Shown piece after piece: positions 1-12,467 of a DNA stretch of 64,000 nucleotides. Below the pieces are notes generated by a model, which saw nothing but the letters and a program-made list of their open reading frames with translations, was not told the DNA's origin and did not search any database. A program made the position numbers and the translations under genes. Position 1 is the stretch's first letter, and every line of letters begins with the position of its first letter. The DNA is from Carcharhinus longimanus (lineage: Eukaryota): assembly GCA_030264375.1 (NCBI GenBank), contig JASCQW010000119.1:12294535-12358534 (forward strand), read 5' to 3'.

Positions 1-1648
1 TCATCCCTCTTGATGTTGATAGGTGCATATCCTCCACTACGCTTCCTGCAGTCGATGATTATCCTACACTTTGCTGCAATTGAAGGAAAGGTTATTGTCG
101 TCGTCCCAGTTCACCAGATTCTCTCTTTCCTGTATTCTGTCGTATCATTGACTTTTATCGGACTCAGTATGGTGGTGTCGTCAGTAAACATGACAATCGA
201 GTTGGAGGGGAATTAGGCCGTACAGTCATGGGTGAAAAAAGAGCGTAGTTAGAGGCTGAGAATACAGCCTTGTGGAGCACCGATGTTGAGGATGTTCGTG
301 GATAAGGTTTTGTTGTCTATCCTTACTGATTGTGGTTTGTTTTTTTTTACAAAATTCTGGATCCAGATGATGGAATTTGCAGTGGAGTTCTGAAGGAGTC
401 ATGCTGTTGAAGACGAAACTGTTGTCACTTAATAGGTGTCTATCATGGGTGTCTTTGTTATGCGGGTTTTCCAGGGTTAAGTGTAGTGCCAGGGACATGT
501 GGTTTGCTGTTGTCCTGTTTTGGCCATAGGCGAACTTTAATGAATCCAGGCAGCCTGGGAGATCAGAATAATTCGTGGCATTGATAACCTTTCTGGTTGT
601 AGTATAGTCTCGTGAAGCAGGCTGAGCCATGTTTCCGTGAAACAGAATACACAACAATCTCTCAGTTCAGTTTCAGAAATTATTCTGGTTTTAAGTTCAT
701 TTAGCTTCTTTTCCAGAAGTTGGACATTTGCCAGCTGTAAGCTGAGGAAGGGGGTTTGGGACAACGTTGTTTCATCGTCACCTGCAGGCCTACACATTTC
801 CCACGCTTCCTGGAGTGACTGCTTCATTTAGTGCCTGGCAAACGGTGACAGTACTATGTGTTAGTAAAGGTATAAGTGTGTCCAATGAGGGTCTTTGCGT
901 TGGTCGGTGTGCGGATGAAAGATTCCTCGCTTTGTCTGTGGTTCATCCATTCGTAGATGGTTCAGCGCAGTCCTGCTTTTCAGTCACCGGTGCCTGCAGT
1001 TTGGATTTGGAGGTCAGAGCGTCTCCAGACCACACTCCAGAGTGGATGGATCGAAGGCCAGTAAATTTCTGGCATCTCTGGTATAGTGGTTGTAGATTAG
1101 CCATTGGCCAAGTCCATGTGATAGAGTCCTCTGGGTCACTGCCAGGTCGGGGCCTGAACTCTTAACCTGCAAGTAAATTTGAAAGAGCGGTGTTAGTATT
1201 TTTTCGGCAGTGGGAGGTTTTTGTTTTACATATGTGCCGCATTTGTAGAAGGACAGTTTGGGGAAGAGGGTTGGGAGGAGCTTTGTTCTTGAAATCTGCA
1301 GAAGGTCGCAGCTGTCCGGGTCAGAGGGGTTGCGGGCTGGTGGAAAGGCCCCAGACTTGCTGGACTGTTCGTCGCAGTCGGCAGAGGCCGAGGGAGTGAG
1401 GGCCACTGCCCCACAGATAGTGTCCTGGCCGGTGGGTTCGGCGGGAGTGGAGGATCAGTTTCAGGTCAGGTGTCGCAAGGATTCTGAGGATCTCCAGATA
1501 TGTACGAGAGTAATGGTATATTGGTGGTTAGTTTAAATAAATTAGAATATAGTTTTAATAGCGTAGAACGAGATTAAAAAGTAGAATTAAAGGGTATGCT
1601 GGACTCAGCTCGCAAGGAGTCACCACACTTCGGCGTCACCTTGAATCC
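1..1648 (-). mobile_element. Decayed Rex1/Babar-clade LINE, internally deleted (5' region and endonuclease N-terminus joined to RT)
   Basis: Minus-strand ORFs give LANVQLLEKKLNEL...LRDCCVFCFTETWL (APE N-terminus) and LDSLKFAYGQNRTT..SLALHLTLE..NKDT (RT, cf. LDPLQFAYRxNRSTxDAISLALH). The two are joined near 575. Confidence 0.8.
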
Positions 1649-1974
1649 AAAAAAAAGCAATAATATCACTCCTTCACCCCATGATACGGTTCATTCACAA
1701 GTTTTCTGCTCTTTATCTGATCATCCATGATCAGTCACAACGTTTCAACATCATGTCCCTGTACTGTTTTGTTCGAGAGTTAAGCAGTCTTATTTTCGGC
1801 CCTAGCGTAGAATTTGCTGCCCTGAACTGAAGTCACAATATAGGGATTCTGGGCAAAATAACTATCCAAACGGAGACACAGCTGGCTCTAACGTTAGGTT
1901 TGAGCTTAAAATGAATTAATTTATGTTGAATTGAAGGACTCAATGTAATGTCCCCAGCTGCTTGCTGTGAATGT

Positions 1975-2150
1975 TTCCCCTCTCATTCCCTCGTCTCCCT
2001 TTCCCCGCTCTCTCTGACTCTCCCACTCTAAATTTAACTTGTCTATGTCTTCCCATATATCTCTCTCTCTTTCCCTCTCAATTTATCTGCCTCTCTATCG
2101 CTGTTTCTCTATCTCCGCCTCCTCTCCGTCTCAATCTCTCTATCTCCCAT
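1975..2150. repeat. CT-rich low-complexity tract
   Basis: Degenerate (CT)n/(TCTC) runs. Confidence 0.7.
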
Positions 2151-2329
2151 AAGACAAAAAATCCTCAGTTGCACATGAAGATCCCACAAGGCGTAGTCAG
2201 CAGCATGGAGTGTGTTTTAAATGCTTATACAGAAACATGAAACTCCAACAGGGAAGAAGCTGTTCATTCCCTCAGTAGGTATTAGTGCAATAGTTATAGA
2301 TGTCTCCTGTTCAATAGATCAGTCTATAG

Positions 2330-2690
2330 GCATTTTTGGGAGGAAAGGATGAACGATAGTGGAAAGAATCCACCAACTGCATTGGCCTTCAGGCCGTTAA
2401 TAGTAACGGCAAAGGAAAAATAGGCAATAATCAAAATTGAATGTTTGTGATAAAGGGTTGGAAATAATCATTGGAGATTTTAATCTCTATATGAAGTGAA
2501 ATAATCAATGAGGCATTATTAGCCTACTGAGGACAGAGGATGTTCCAGACAGATTCTGAGAAGAGCCAATTCAGGAAGCAACTACTGAATACATTATATT
2601 AAACATAGTATTGGATAATGTGACAGGATTAAGATATGACCTCGAAGTGAAGTCGCACAATGGTACCAACGACCACAATGTCACTAGACT
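2330..2690 (+). mobile_element. CR1 LINE endonuclease fragment
   Basis: ataatcattggagattttaatct encodes IIIGDFN, and the downstream sequence resembles the CR1 EN region; heavily decayed. Confidence 0.5.
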
Positions 2691-2696
2691 TTAAAA

Positions 2697-3020
2697 CCAG
2701 TGGCACACTGGTTAGCACTGCTGCCTCACCAGTGGCACACTGGTTAGCACTGCTACCTCACTGTCCCAGGGGCCCGGGTTCAATTCACGGCATGGGTCAC
2801 TGTCTGTGTGGAGTCTGAACGTTCTCCCCGTGTCTGTGTGGATCTGCTCTGGCTGTACCGGTGTACTCCCACAATCCAAAGGTGTGTAGGTCAGTGAGAT
2901 TAGCTGGGTAAATATTTAGAGTTACAGGGATAGGACTGGTTGCGATTGCGGTTGGTGCAGGCTCGATGGGCTGAATGACCTCCTTCTGCACTGTCGGGAT
3001 ACTATGAATCTATGATTCTA
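2697..3020 (+). mobile_element. HE1-type tRNA-derived SINE with duplicated 32-bp head
   Basis: tggttagcactgctgcctca (A-box region), gggttcaatt (B-box), conserved body, ctatgattct-type tail. 2697-2728 is repeated at 2729-2760. Confidence 0.85.
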
Positions 3021-3119
3021 AGACTATGTGTAACATGACTTTATTGCATTTAACTAAGGGCCTCCTGCAATGAAGTGAAAGACCAATCTAGGGAATACAT
3101 CAACAAGGCTGACATACTT

Positions 3120-3680
3120 TTATTCATTTCATGAGTTGCAGGCGTCGCTGGCGAGTCCAGAATTTATTGCCCATCTCCAGTTGTACTTCAAAGTGTGGTG
3201 ATGAGCTGCCTTATTCAATAGCTGCAGTCGCTGAGTTCCAGGTGCTTTCATAGTGTAATTAGGGAGGGAATTTCTAGACTTTGATCCAGCCACAGTGAAG
3301 GAATAGCGATATATTTCCAAGTCAGGGCGGTGAATGTTTTGATGGGGAACTGCCAAGTGATGACGTAACTAAGGTTTTTACCCTCCTAGATGGTACTGGT
3401 CATGGGCTTGGAAGGCGCTGCCTGAACAGAATTGGCGAATTCATGCAATGCCCCTCCGAGATGTTACACACGGCTGCTACTGTTCGTCGGTGAGTGGAGT
3501 GAGTGCTTCTGAAATGGGTAGCAATGACATGGCTGTTTTGGCGCGGATAGTGTCAAACTTCATATATGTTGTGAGCATCGCTCATGCAGGCAGGTGGAGA
3601 TTATCCCATTACATCCCCGACTTGTGCCTGGAAGATGCTGATCAGTCTGAAATATTCTATGAACTCTTCACCAGCTGGTA
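3120..3680 (-). mobile_element. CR1-group LINE 3' fragment (same family as 6700-7980)
   Basis: Reverse complement of the gggcaataaatgctggcc tail and the RT C-terminus seen at 7430-7980. Confidence 0.7.
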
Positions 3681-4769
3681 CTGACAATTTTAGTAATCAC
3701 GTTCATATGGAGTTTAAAATCGTGAATGATTATTGCCATCTCTTTATCACAAGCATCCAATATTTATTGTTGCCCATTCATTCCAACAATGAATTTAGCG
3801 ACTTAATTCCATAGTTTTCTCCATTTCCACCCAAAAACATTTTATATCTTGACTTCCTGAACCGAAGACATCTTTAAATTTGCACTAATGTTATCTTTGA
3901 TAAGCAGTCCCCCTCCACTGTATACTGATCGACTAGATTCTGGGTTCATTTGTTAAATGAAAATGACGCTTTTTTTAAAAAGAAAGAACAGAATACTCTT
4001 TTTTTTCGAGGGAAACAGCTGCAATGTCGTGTTTTCCGCTTTTGGCAACACATGGCCACGGATCTGTCAGAGGTAAAATTGATGGTCAATCGGACAGAGC
4101 AGTGTATAGTTGCACTATACGTTACACTGATGACAGGATTGATGTCCAAGAAACACACTGGGATATAATTCCAATTAATTTGTCTCAGCATGACTTCAGT
4201 GAAAACGAAGAGTAGCTCCGCCGTTGTTTTGGGTACCAAGTATCATCGCATCCCTACAAGTACAGAAGAACCCATTCGGCTGTGTAACGAGCACTTCTCT
4301 CAGCATACACCAGCCTCTCATACTCTCTTCACTCTCCCACTCCCATACCTCTCTCATACTCAGCCCTCCTTCTAAATGAGTCCGGAACATACAGCAGGAA
4401 GGCACGTGGAATGTCTACTGTCGCTGAAAGGCGGTTGGATTTGAAAATTCTGGATGTGCTGGACAATGACCAGACAACACCTAAAATATGTACATATTTT
4501 TACACTCAATATTTCTGGAGTTACACAGTTTTGCAAAGTTGAATGAGGGCGATTTACGCAATGTAAGTCTGTTGCATGACAAAATATTGAGCAGTTTGGT
4601 CATTTCCACATCGAGATTTCCAATAATGAGTATGATCTTATTTCAATACGTAATCTTTTATGGCGGTTTTAAATAGTAGAAGTTTTGGCAGCGTTTCCCT
4701 TCATGGTGAAATTAGAACAAAGGTTCACAATGATTCACAATAAAGTGTCTCTCAGTTAAACTCTGATTT

Positions 4770-4950
4770 CCCCCCACAGCCCAAAGGCGTGAAGTTTGAT
4801 GGATTAGTGTCCCAAGATGCAGAGGTCATGTGGATAGAACGGTGAATACGTGGGATTACAGGGATAGGGTCTGGGTGTGATGCTCAATCAGCATCTGTGC
4901 AGACTCGATGAGTGAATTGCCTCCTTCAGCACTGTAGGAATTCTAAGGTT
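4770..4950 (+). mobile_element. HE1-type SINE 3' part
   Basis: cccacagcccaaag...tgcagactcgatg...cctccttcagcactgtagg matches the other copies in the window. Confidence 0.7.
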
Positions 4951-5669
4951 CTAGAATTAAAGACAGAGTGTTTCAATATATCCAAGCTCAAACTAAATAG
5001 GCTTTTGATCTACAAAGAAGTCAACGGCAAAGCGGTGAATCAAGAAACCGTAGTTAATGCCATTACATTATCACGTGTGATATTACTGAAAGACCAATGT
5101 GTTTTGTTTTTCAGACACATTTTTTGTTTCATTTGTTTTTCTTATAAAAATGATTCGCTGGGAGTAGTGATCAGGTTATAGATCTTAATACCACTTCGGC
5201 TCCGCATCTTCTTATGTCTTCCTCCTCATCACCCCATCGTTCTACTAGTTAACAAAGAGACTTGGACCTAGTGGCGGGGTGGGGGACACCATGGCGTGTT
5301 TCTAGTTCAGGCAAAGCCCACTCACACCGCCTGTATACCCATCAGCATATTTACGAATAGGACACTGGAGCCAACAGCACCTCTCTCCTTGCCTATATTG
5401 AGACCACGTTCCAAACGAGGTAACCCCCATACCGTAGTTCAAGATCCACCCATGAATTCAGGTGTGGTCCACCGCATCTCTTCTTCACCCCACTCTCTTC
5501 ACTCGAACTACGCCCCAGCAAAGGCAGGCACTCCCTGTTGACCAAGTTGGCTAATGACGGTGATTTCGAGCGACGTTGGTGAACGTTGGAAGCAGGAGTA
5601 CGTAAATTGAGACAACTGGGTACTCAGTGAGATTTTGGTGCCCTCGTGCATTAATCACTGAAAGCACAA

Positions 5670-6695
5670 GAGCGGATACAACAGGCAGTACATTAGGCAA
5701 ATTGTACGTTGGCATTAATAGCACGAGGATTTGAGCAAAGTGATGGGGGTGTTCTTCTGGAACAGTACTGGGGGTTGGTGAGGCCACATCTGGAGTATTG
5801 TGTGCAGTTTTGGTATCCTTGTCCTTATCTGAGGAAAGCTGTCCTTGATATAGAGGAGGGGAGGGGAGGCGATGGCTTAGCGGTATTATCACTAGACTAT
5901 TAATCCAGAAACTGAGCTAATGCTCCGCGGACTCGGGTTTGAATCCCACAGTGGCAGTTGGTGGAATTTGAATTAAGTGAAGAATATCTGAAACTGAGAA
6001 TCTACTGATGACTATGAAACCATTATGCATTGCTGAATAAAACCCATCTCGTTTACTGGTGTATTTTAAGGAAGGAATCTGCTGTCCTTCCCCAGTCTGG
6101 CCTACATGTGACTCCAGATCTACAGCAAAGTGGTTGACTTTTAACTGCCCTCGGGCAACTAGAAATGGGCAATAAATGCTAGCCATCCAGCAATGCCTAT
6201 TCCTCCATGAATGAATTAAAAAATGGGGGAACTAGAGCAAATGTTTACTTGACTGATTCCTCGGATGGCAGGTCGATCATACGAAAAAAGATTAGGTCGG
6301 TTGTGATAATATTCCCCGCAGTTTATGAGTGTGAGAGTGGATCTCACAGAAAATTATAACAATCTAAGAGGGTTGGATCGGGAAGATTGTTAAAGAATGT
6401 TCCTAATGGTGGGGAAGTCCAGAATTAGGATGCCTAGATTGAGGATAAGTTATTTTATAACTGAGTTGAGGATCAATTAATGCTTTCACAATCCTCCTCA
6501 CACAGAGGATGGTGAATGTGTGGAATTCATTACCGCAGAATGCAGTTGAGGCCATTGCGTTGTATGGTTTTAAGAAGAAACTGGGTATAGCTCTACTGGT
6601 GAAATGGATTAAGAGATATGGAGGCAAGGGGGAACTCAGGGTATTGAAGTTGATGATCAGCCATGATCAAATTGAATGGCAGAGCAGGCTCAAAG
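5670..6695 (+). mobile_element. CR1 LINE 3' RT fragment, interrupted by a SINE at about 5870-6222
   Basis: ALIARGFE...LVRPHLEYCVQFW.P.LRK before the SINE; TxLIPxMAG and VNVWNSLPQNAVEA after it. Confidence 0.85.
5870..6222 (+). mobile_element. tRNA-derived SINE sharing its 3' tail with the CR1-group LINE
   Basis: Head ggcttagcggtattatcactagactattaatccag...gggtttgaatccc; tail gggcaataaatgct...catgaatgaat is the same type as at 7920-7975. Confidence 0.75.
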
Positions 6696-6699
6696 GGCT

Positions 6700-7980
6700 A
6701 ATGAAGGAACCAACGAGAGGAAATAACATACTTGACCTCATCCTTTCCATTCTGCCAGCTGCAGGTGCATCTGGCCATGACAGTATTGGTAATAGTGACC
6801 ATCATACAGTCCTTGTGGAGACGAAGTCCCGCCTTCACTTTGAGAATAACTTAAGCACTATTACCGTGCTAAATGGGACAGACTTCGAACGGATCTAACA
6901 ACTCAAGACTGGGCATCCATGAGGTCCTCTGGGCCATCAACAGCAGCGGAATTGTACTCCAGCACAATCTGCGACCTCACTGCCCAGCATATTCCCCACT
7001 CAACCATTACCACCAGGCCAGGGGATCAACTCTGGTTCAATGCAGAGCGCAGGAGGACATTCCAAGAGCCACGCATACCTAAAAATGAGGTATCAATCTT
7101 TTGAAGCTATTAAATAGAACTACTTGCATGCAAAATATTAAACAAAGCAATTGATAGATAGAGCTAAGCGATCCCAAAGCCAACTAATTAGATCTAAACT
7201 CTGCAGTCCTTCCACATTCAGTCGAGAATGGTGTGGACAATATGAGGCACTTTAACCACCACCCCTTAACATTCAATGGTGTAACGTCACTGAACCCTCC
7301 ACTGTCCACATCCTTGGGGTTACCATTGACTGGACGCTCAACTGGATTCACTACATAAACACAGTAGCTGCAAGAGCAGGTCAGAAGCTAGGAATACTGT
7401 GGCAAATACATCATTTCCTAACTTCCCAAAGGCTATCCACCATCTACAAAGCACAAGTCAGGAGTGTGATGGAATATTCCCCACTTGCTTGGATGGATGC
7501 AGCTCCCACAACATTCAAGAAGTTTAGCATCACCCAGCACAAAGCAGCACGCTTCATTGGCACCATATCCAGAAACATTCAATCCCTCCACTACTGACGC
7601 TGAGTAGCAGCAGTGTGCACTATCTACAAGCTGCACTGCAGCAACTCAGCAAAGATCCTCAGACAGCACCCTCCAAACCTACGACCACTTCAATCTAGAA
7701 GACAAGGGCAGCAGGTAAATGGGAACACCACCACTTGTAAGTTCCCCTCTAAGCCACTCACCGTCCTGACTTGGAAATGCATTGCCGTTCCTTAGCAGTC
7801 CCTGAATAAAAATCCTGGAATGTCCTCCCTAATGGCATCGTGGGTCCACCCACAGAACATGGACTGGAGCGATTTAAGAAGGCAGCTCACAAGCACCTTC
7901 TCGATGGCAACTAGGAATGGGCAATAAATGCTGGCCAGCCAACGACACCCATGACCTACGAGTGAATATGAAAAAAACGT
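6700..7980 (+). mobile_element. CR1-group LINE, internally deleted, with 3' UTR
   Basis: EPTRGNNILDLIL...SDHHTV (EN C-terminus) and IYKAQVRSVMEYSPLAWM (RT C-terminus). Confidence 0.8.
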
Positions 7981-8289
7981 CATCCATTTGTTGATGGTAT
8001 CTATTATACAAAATGACATTTTAGTGGTCCAAGTTAAAATACTGAAAGGTGTTATGAAGTTATTTGTGCTTTGGCCTTCATGCTAGTCAAACGCGAATAT
8101 TAATTGTATTCCAACAGTGCCAATGGGGAATATTCTCTGTACTAGCTTTCCGAAACAGCACATTACTCAACGCTCCCCGACCCCTCTCGCCCACCCCAAA
8201 GCTCTTGCCCCATAACAATTTACATTTAACATGGCTAATCAAACAGAATTTCCAAACTTGAACAGTAATGGACAAGTTATCATAGCCAT

Positions 8290-8461
8290 TCTAGGAAATC
8301 TGCAAATTTTTATGGATGTGGGAGGAAAGCGGAACACTCAGAAGAAAGTCACTCAGGCATGTGAAGGATGTGCTAAACCCAAGCACACAATCACCAAAGA
8401 CCGGAGTTGAACCCCGTTCCCTGGCGCTGTGATCCAGATGTTCTGATCATTGTGCCACCGT
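8290..8461 (-). mobile_element. HE1-type SINE fragment
   Basis: tgtgggaggaaagcggaacac...ccctggcgctgtga...tgtgccaccg is the reverse complement of the SINE head. Confidence 0.7.
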
Positions 8462-10919
8462 ACAAGGACCCAGACAAAGTTCATAGAGCACTTGCAACAT
8501 GTGCTAAAATTCCTTAAATCCGATTTTTCCATTCGATATGGGGATATTAAATGAAATAGAAGTAGAAAGCGTTATGGCTAACGTTCTGAACAATAAAACG
8601 TTTTGTGAACAGTAAGCTTAACATCAGTGAGCATTGTACATCTCCAGGCCCCTTTCAATTGTATGAGATGTCTGAAGGAAACTGGGAAGCCTGCAGAGTC
8701 GAGCAAGGCCAGTAAAATGTCAGAACAGATCAGAATAGTAGGAGGACAGTCATGCAGTCACAAAGATTAGGTGAACCTCTAGGATAAACGTTTTCTGGGT
8801 GGATCCATTACCTGGAACAAAGTCATTCGCTTAATGTAAACGTACATGAGAACATGTTTGATATTCAAACAATTACCTGCCACCAGTATCTGGAACGTAG
8901 TAATGTAGTGGAAATCGAAGGTTTGCCAGGGTACCAATTCTGTCCATCTGTGTCCGTTCTCTAGATGTTGTAAGGTGAAATAAATCAAAATATATCCCTG
9001 CGTTTCGTGTTAAATTAGTTGAATTATAGTGCAAATTAATGTCATGATTATGAGGTACTGAGCAACTCTGAGTTTCTAGGAGGTTCTAGTTATATTTCAG
9101 GTCTCCAAATGGGGCGGCGCCTGTCGCCATGGTAAAATAGTCGTGTAGAGTCTTGTTGCTGTTATTGCAAAGCATGTTCAGTCAGTCATTATTATAAATT
9201 AGGAGTGGGGCCTATCACATTGGTAATAGAGCACAGAACATGGCGTGCTGCTATAGTGCCAAGGCGGATTGGGAACATGCCCAACGGCAACAGTGGGTCT
9301 TCACCCAACTGAGAAAATAAACAGGATAAAAACTTCGACAGCCCACAATTCTTTTCGCTCCATAGCAAAACATGGAGTCAAAATGATGGAACCTATGTCC
9401 TTAACACTTCTTAACCTCTCCAACGATGCACCCTCTTTCATACCTCTACTGCATAGTATAAATTTGCTCTCTCATAAAGCTCCCACCTTCAAGGTCACCC
9501 CATCACACAAAATCCTAACTCATATTAACCTCGTCAATTTGTTCAAACACCTACCTCCGTCATCTGCCCCCTTCCCATCAAATGCCAACCTCCAGCATGC
9601 CTGTAACTCTTCAACATCTTCACTGTCGCACGTTCCTCCCTACTTGAATGCCTCAGTATGCCACTCCATCCAACATTACATTTTGTCTACAAAATCCAGT
9701 CCTCCAGCACCATTTCTCACTTTCACGTTGCTGCATTGCCTGTTGTGTGGCCTACTCAATCATAAAAATCCCTGACTCCCTCTTCTCCTTTCCTCACCCA
9801 CCCTCCATTCCGATATCACCCTTTTTTAATCTGAAGAACACTTGTATGCCTCCATTACAATTATTCCTCCCTGGAACATTTTCCCTGTTTCCCTGAAGCT
9901 CTTTTTCTCCAGAAATGCATCACACCATAACTGTACCATCATTTTCTCCAACCATCATTGTTCCTCACTGTCCAAACCCTTCCTTCTCTCATAACTATTT
10001 CTCCTGAAGGTACCTGCCTCATGTTTTCATCTTCTCATATCTTCACAATAGCTCAGGTCCCTCCCATTCCATTTCCTCTCTGCAAAACGCTCCTTCCACG
10101 ATATTAAACTCCGCCTTCACTCTGCCCACACCATAGCCTCAATATATCCCACATTGTGTCACCTGCTAGATCCGTTATTCTCCCTCATTCATACCACGTC
10201 AGTCACTCCGCCATTCCAGTCCGTTATGTTCTAACTTCCAGATAATTTTCATACCCCTATATGCAACGTATTCCAATCCTTACAGGGTACATCCACCCCA
10301 ATGCTCACGCCGTCTTACATTCCCCCATATCCCTTATTCCTCTCCCTCCCTCATATAATTTGATCAACACATCTTTCCACTCCCTTCTTGAAATCCTTCC
10401 TGCCTACTCCAGCCCACCTTTCACTTGTCTATGACACATACCGCCTCCCTCATTTTCTCATTCACCCTCCCTCCCATGTAACAATGCGTTCAAATAGAAC
10501 CGGCTTCTCTGGATTCCTTATACCCTGTCCTTCCTCAAAACCAGACAGATTTTCAATCAAAAATCTCCAAAGCCATGCATTTTGGATAATGGAGGCAACC
10601 GAAGAGAACAACCATCTACAAACGTTAGAGGCAGATGCACTGTGAGGTGATGCTGCTGCAACTCTTCTGCACCAATGACATGCTCCTCACACACACGTGG
10701 TGCATCTAAAGGGATAGACTTTGTGATTGGAGGAGCAATAAGAGAGGGAAAGAGAGTTTCCATTATTGTAAGAGATGGGAATTTATTTTGCCTGCTCTGA
10801 GTGTCGGCAAATATGGGGGCTTTCTGGTGTGTTCACATCAGGGAACTTTCGACATCCTTTGAGAGATTAATGAGTGGAGGAGTCAGTGAACTATAAGAAC
10901 GCGACAAGGGACGTTGAAA

Positions 10920-12095
10920 GGACTCAACTTAAGGTTTTGTTCATGGATGCTTGGAGCATTTGGGGAAAATTGAAGTCGTTAAATATAAAGGGGAAGGGTA
11001 TAGTTGGCATTCCTGAAACATGGTTCCAAGGTGACCATGGTAGTGCAACACTGAGGGTTCTTCAGTGATGTGGAAGGCAGACAGAAAGAAAACGCTGATG
11101 GAGTTGCACTGTTGATTAAAGAAGATATTGATACAAAATTGAGGAAAGATATCAGCACTTACAATGTGGAATCTGCATGAGTCATGATAAGAAACACCAA
11201 AGGGCACAATACATTTGGGTTAGGCTAGTTTACAGACCATCAAACTGTACTGGCAACGTTGAGAATAGCAACCCTCGGGGCTTTTTGAACATAAAATGAT
11301 ACAATTGTTGGTTAAGGTGAATAATGATGTCATTAATTCTGAGACCAGGGTCCATCAGCTTAACAAAGATAACAACGATCTTATCAACATGAATTGGCTA
11401 TGATGGATTAAGACGTATTACTGAAAAGAAGGGCAGTGGACAGGCAAAGGCAGGCATTTAGAATGGTCAGCAAATAAGGTAAGTTATCTGTAGGCTTCAC
11501 AGCGGGAGCACTTGAGTGTCGGAATAGAGATACTTTCCTGCAATTTTATGGGGGGTTGGTGAGGCCACATCTGGGGCATTATGCGCAGTTTTGATTACCT
11601 GATCTGAGGAAAGATGTCCTTGCAACAGTGGGAATGCAAAACGGATCTATCAGGCTGATTGTTGGAATGCAGATCTGTCATATAAGTGGAGATTAAGCCG
11701 GTTAGGATTTTATTACTTTGGTTCAGAACAATGAGAAACCTATAAATTTCTAACAGCATTCACAAGGGTAGATTCAGAGATATTTTCCCGGTGGTGCGGG
11801 AGTCCAGAACTTGGCGTCATAGTTTGAAGATATGGGAAAAACGTTAGGGGACTGTGAGGAGAAATTCCTTCATCCAGAGAACCGTGAATGTGTGGCATTT
11901 ATTATGACAGAAAATAGTTGAGATCAAACAATGTTGTAATTTCAAGAATATTTTAGATATAGCTGTTAGATTTAAAGGGATCAAGGGATATGGAGTGAAG
12001 GCTTGATCGGGATATTTATTCTGATGATCAGCCATGATCAAAATGAACGGCGGAGCAGGCTGGAAGTGCGGAATGGGCTAATGTCGCCTTTATTT
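10920..12095 (+). mobile_element. CR1 LINE (endonuclease and 3' RT, internally deleted)
   Basis: LKVLFMDAWSIWGK...IVGIPETWFQGD (EN), then ttggtgaggccacatctgg (VRPHL) and the CR1 3' UTR gatcagccatgatc. Confidence 0.8.
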
Positions 12096-12431
12096 TCAAT
12101 GTCTCTGTATTTTACACTTTATTCATTGGACAGCATTCAATATGCAAGAGAAAATGTGCTATCAATATATGTTAAGGAGGGATCTCCCGTATTGGATATC
12201 ATTGGCTAAACAGTAAATTGGATGGAATCTATGTTTGCTCAATGCTTTTGAATCTTCGTATGTTTATGGTTGGCAGTTTAACATTAAAATATTTGAACGC
12301 CAGTTCTGGAGAATGATGTGGACAATGAAACGTTCTCTCTGATTTGAAGAAACACTTTGAAAATTCTGGTTTCATTTCACCAACTGCAATGCGAATCTAT
12401 GGAAATATTTGTTTTGAGGTTAGTTAGATAC

Positions 12432-12434
<3 letters not shown>

Positions 12435-12466
<32 letters not shown>
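12435..12466. repeat. (TG)n microsatellite
   Basis: Pure TG run. Confidence 0.95.

Positions 12467-12467
<1 letters not shown>

Noticed and set aside
9269-10500. 168-aa ORF in a pyrimidine-rich 1.2 kb region
   Set aside because: Compositional bias with no recognisable motif; possibly a very old retroelement but not assignable.
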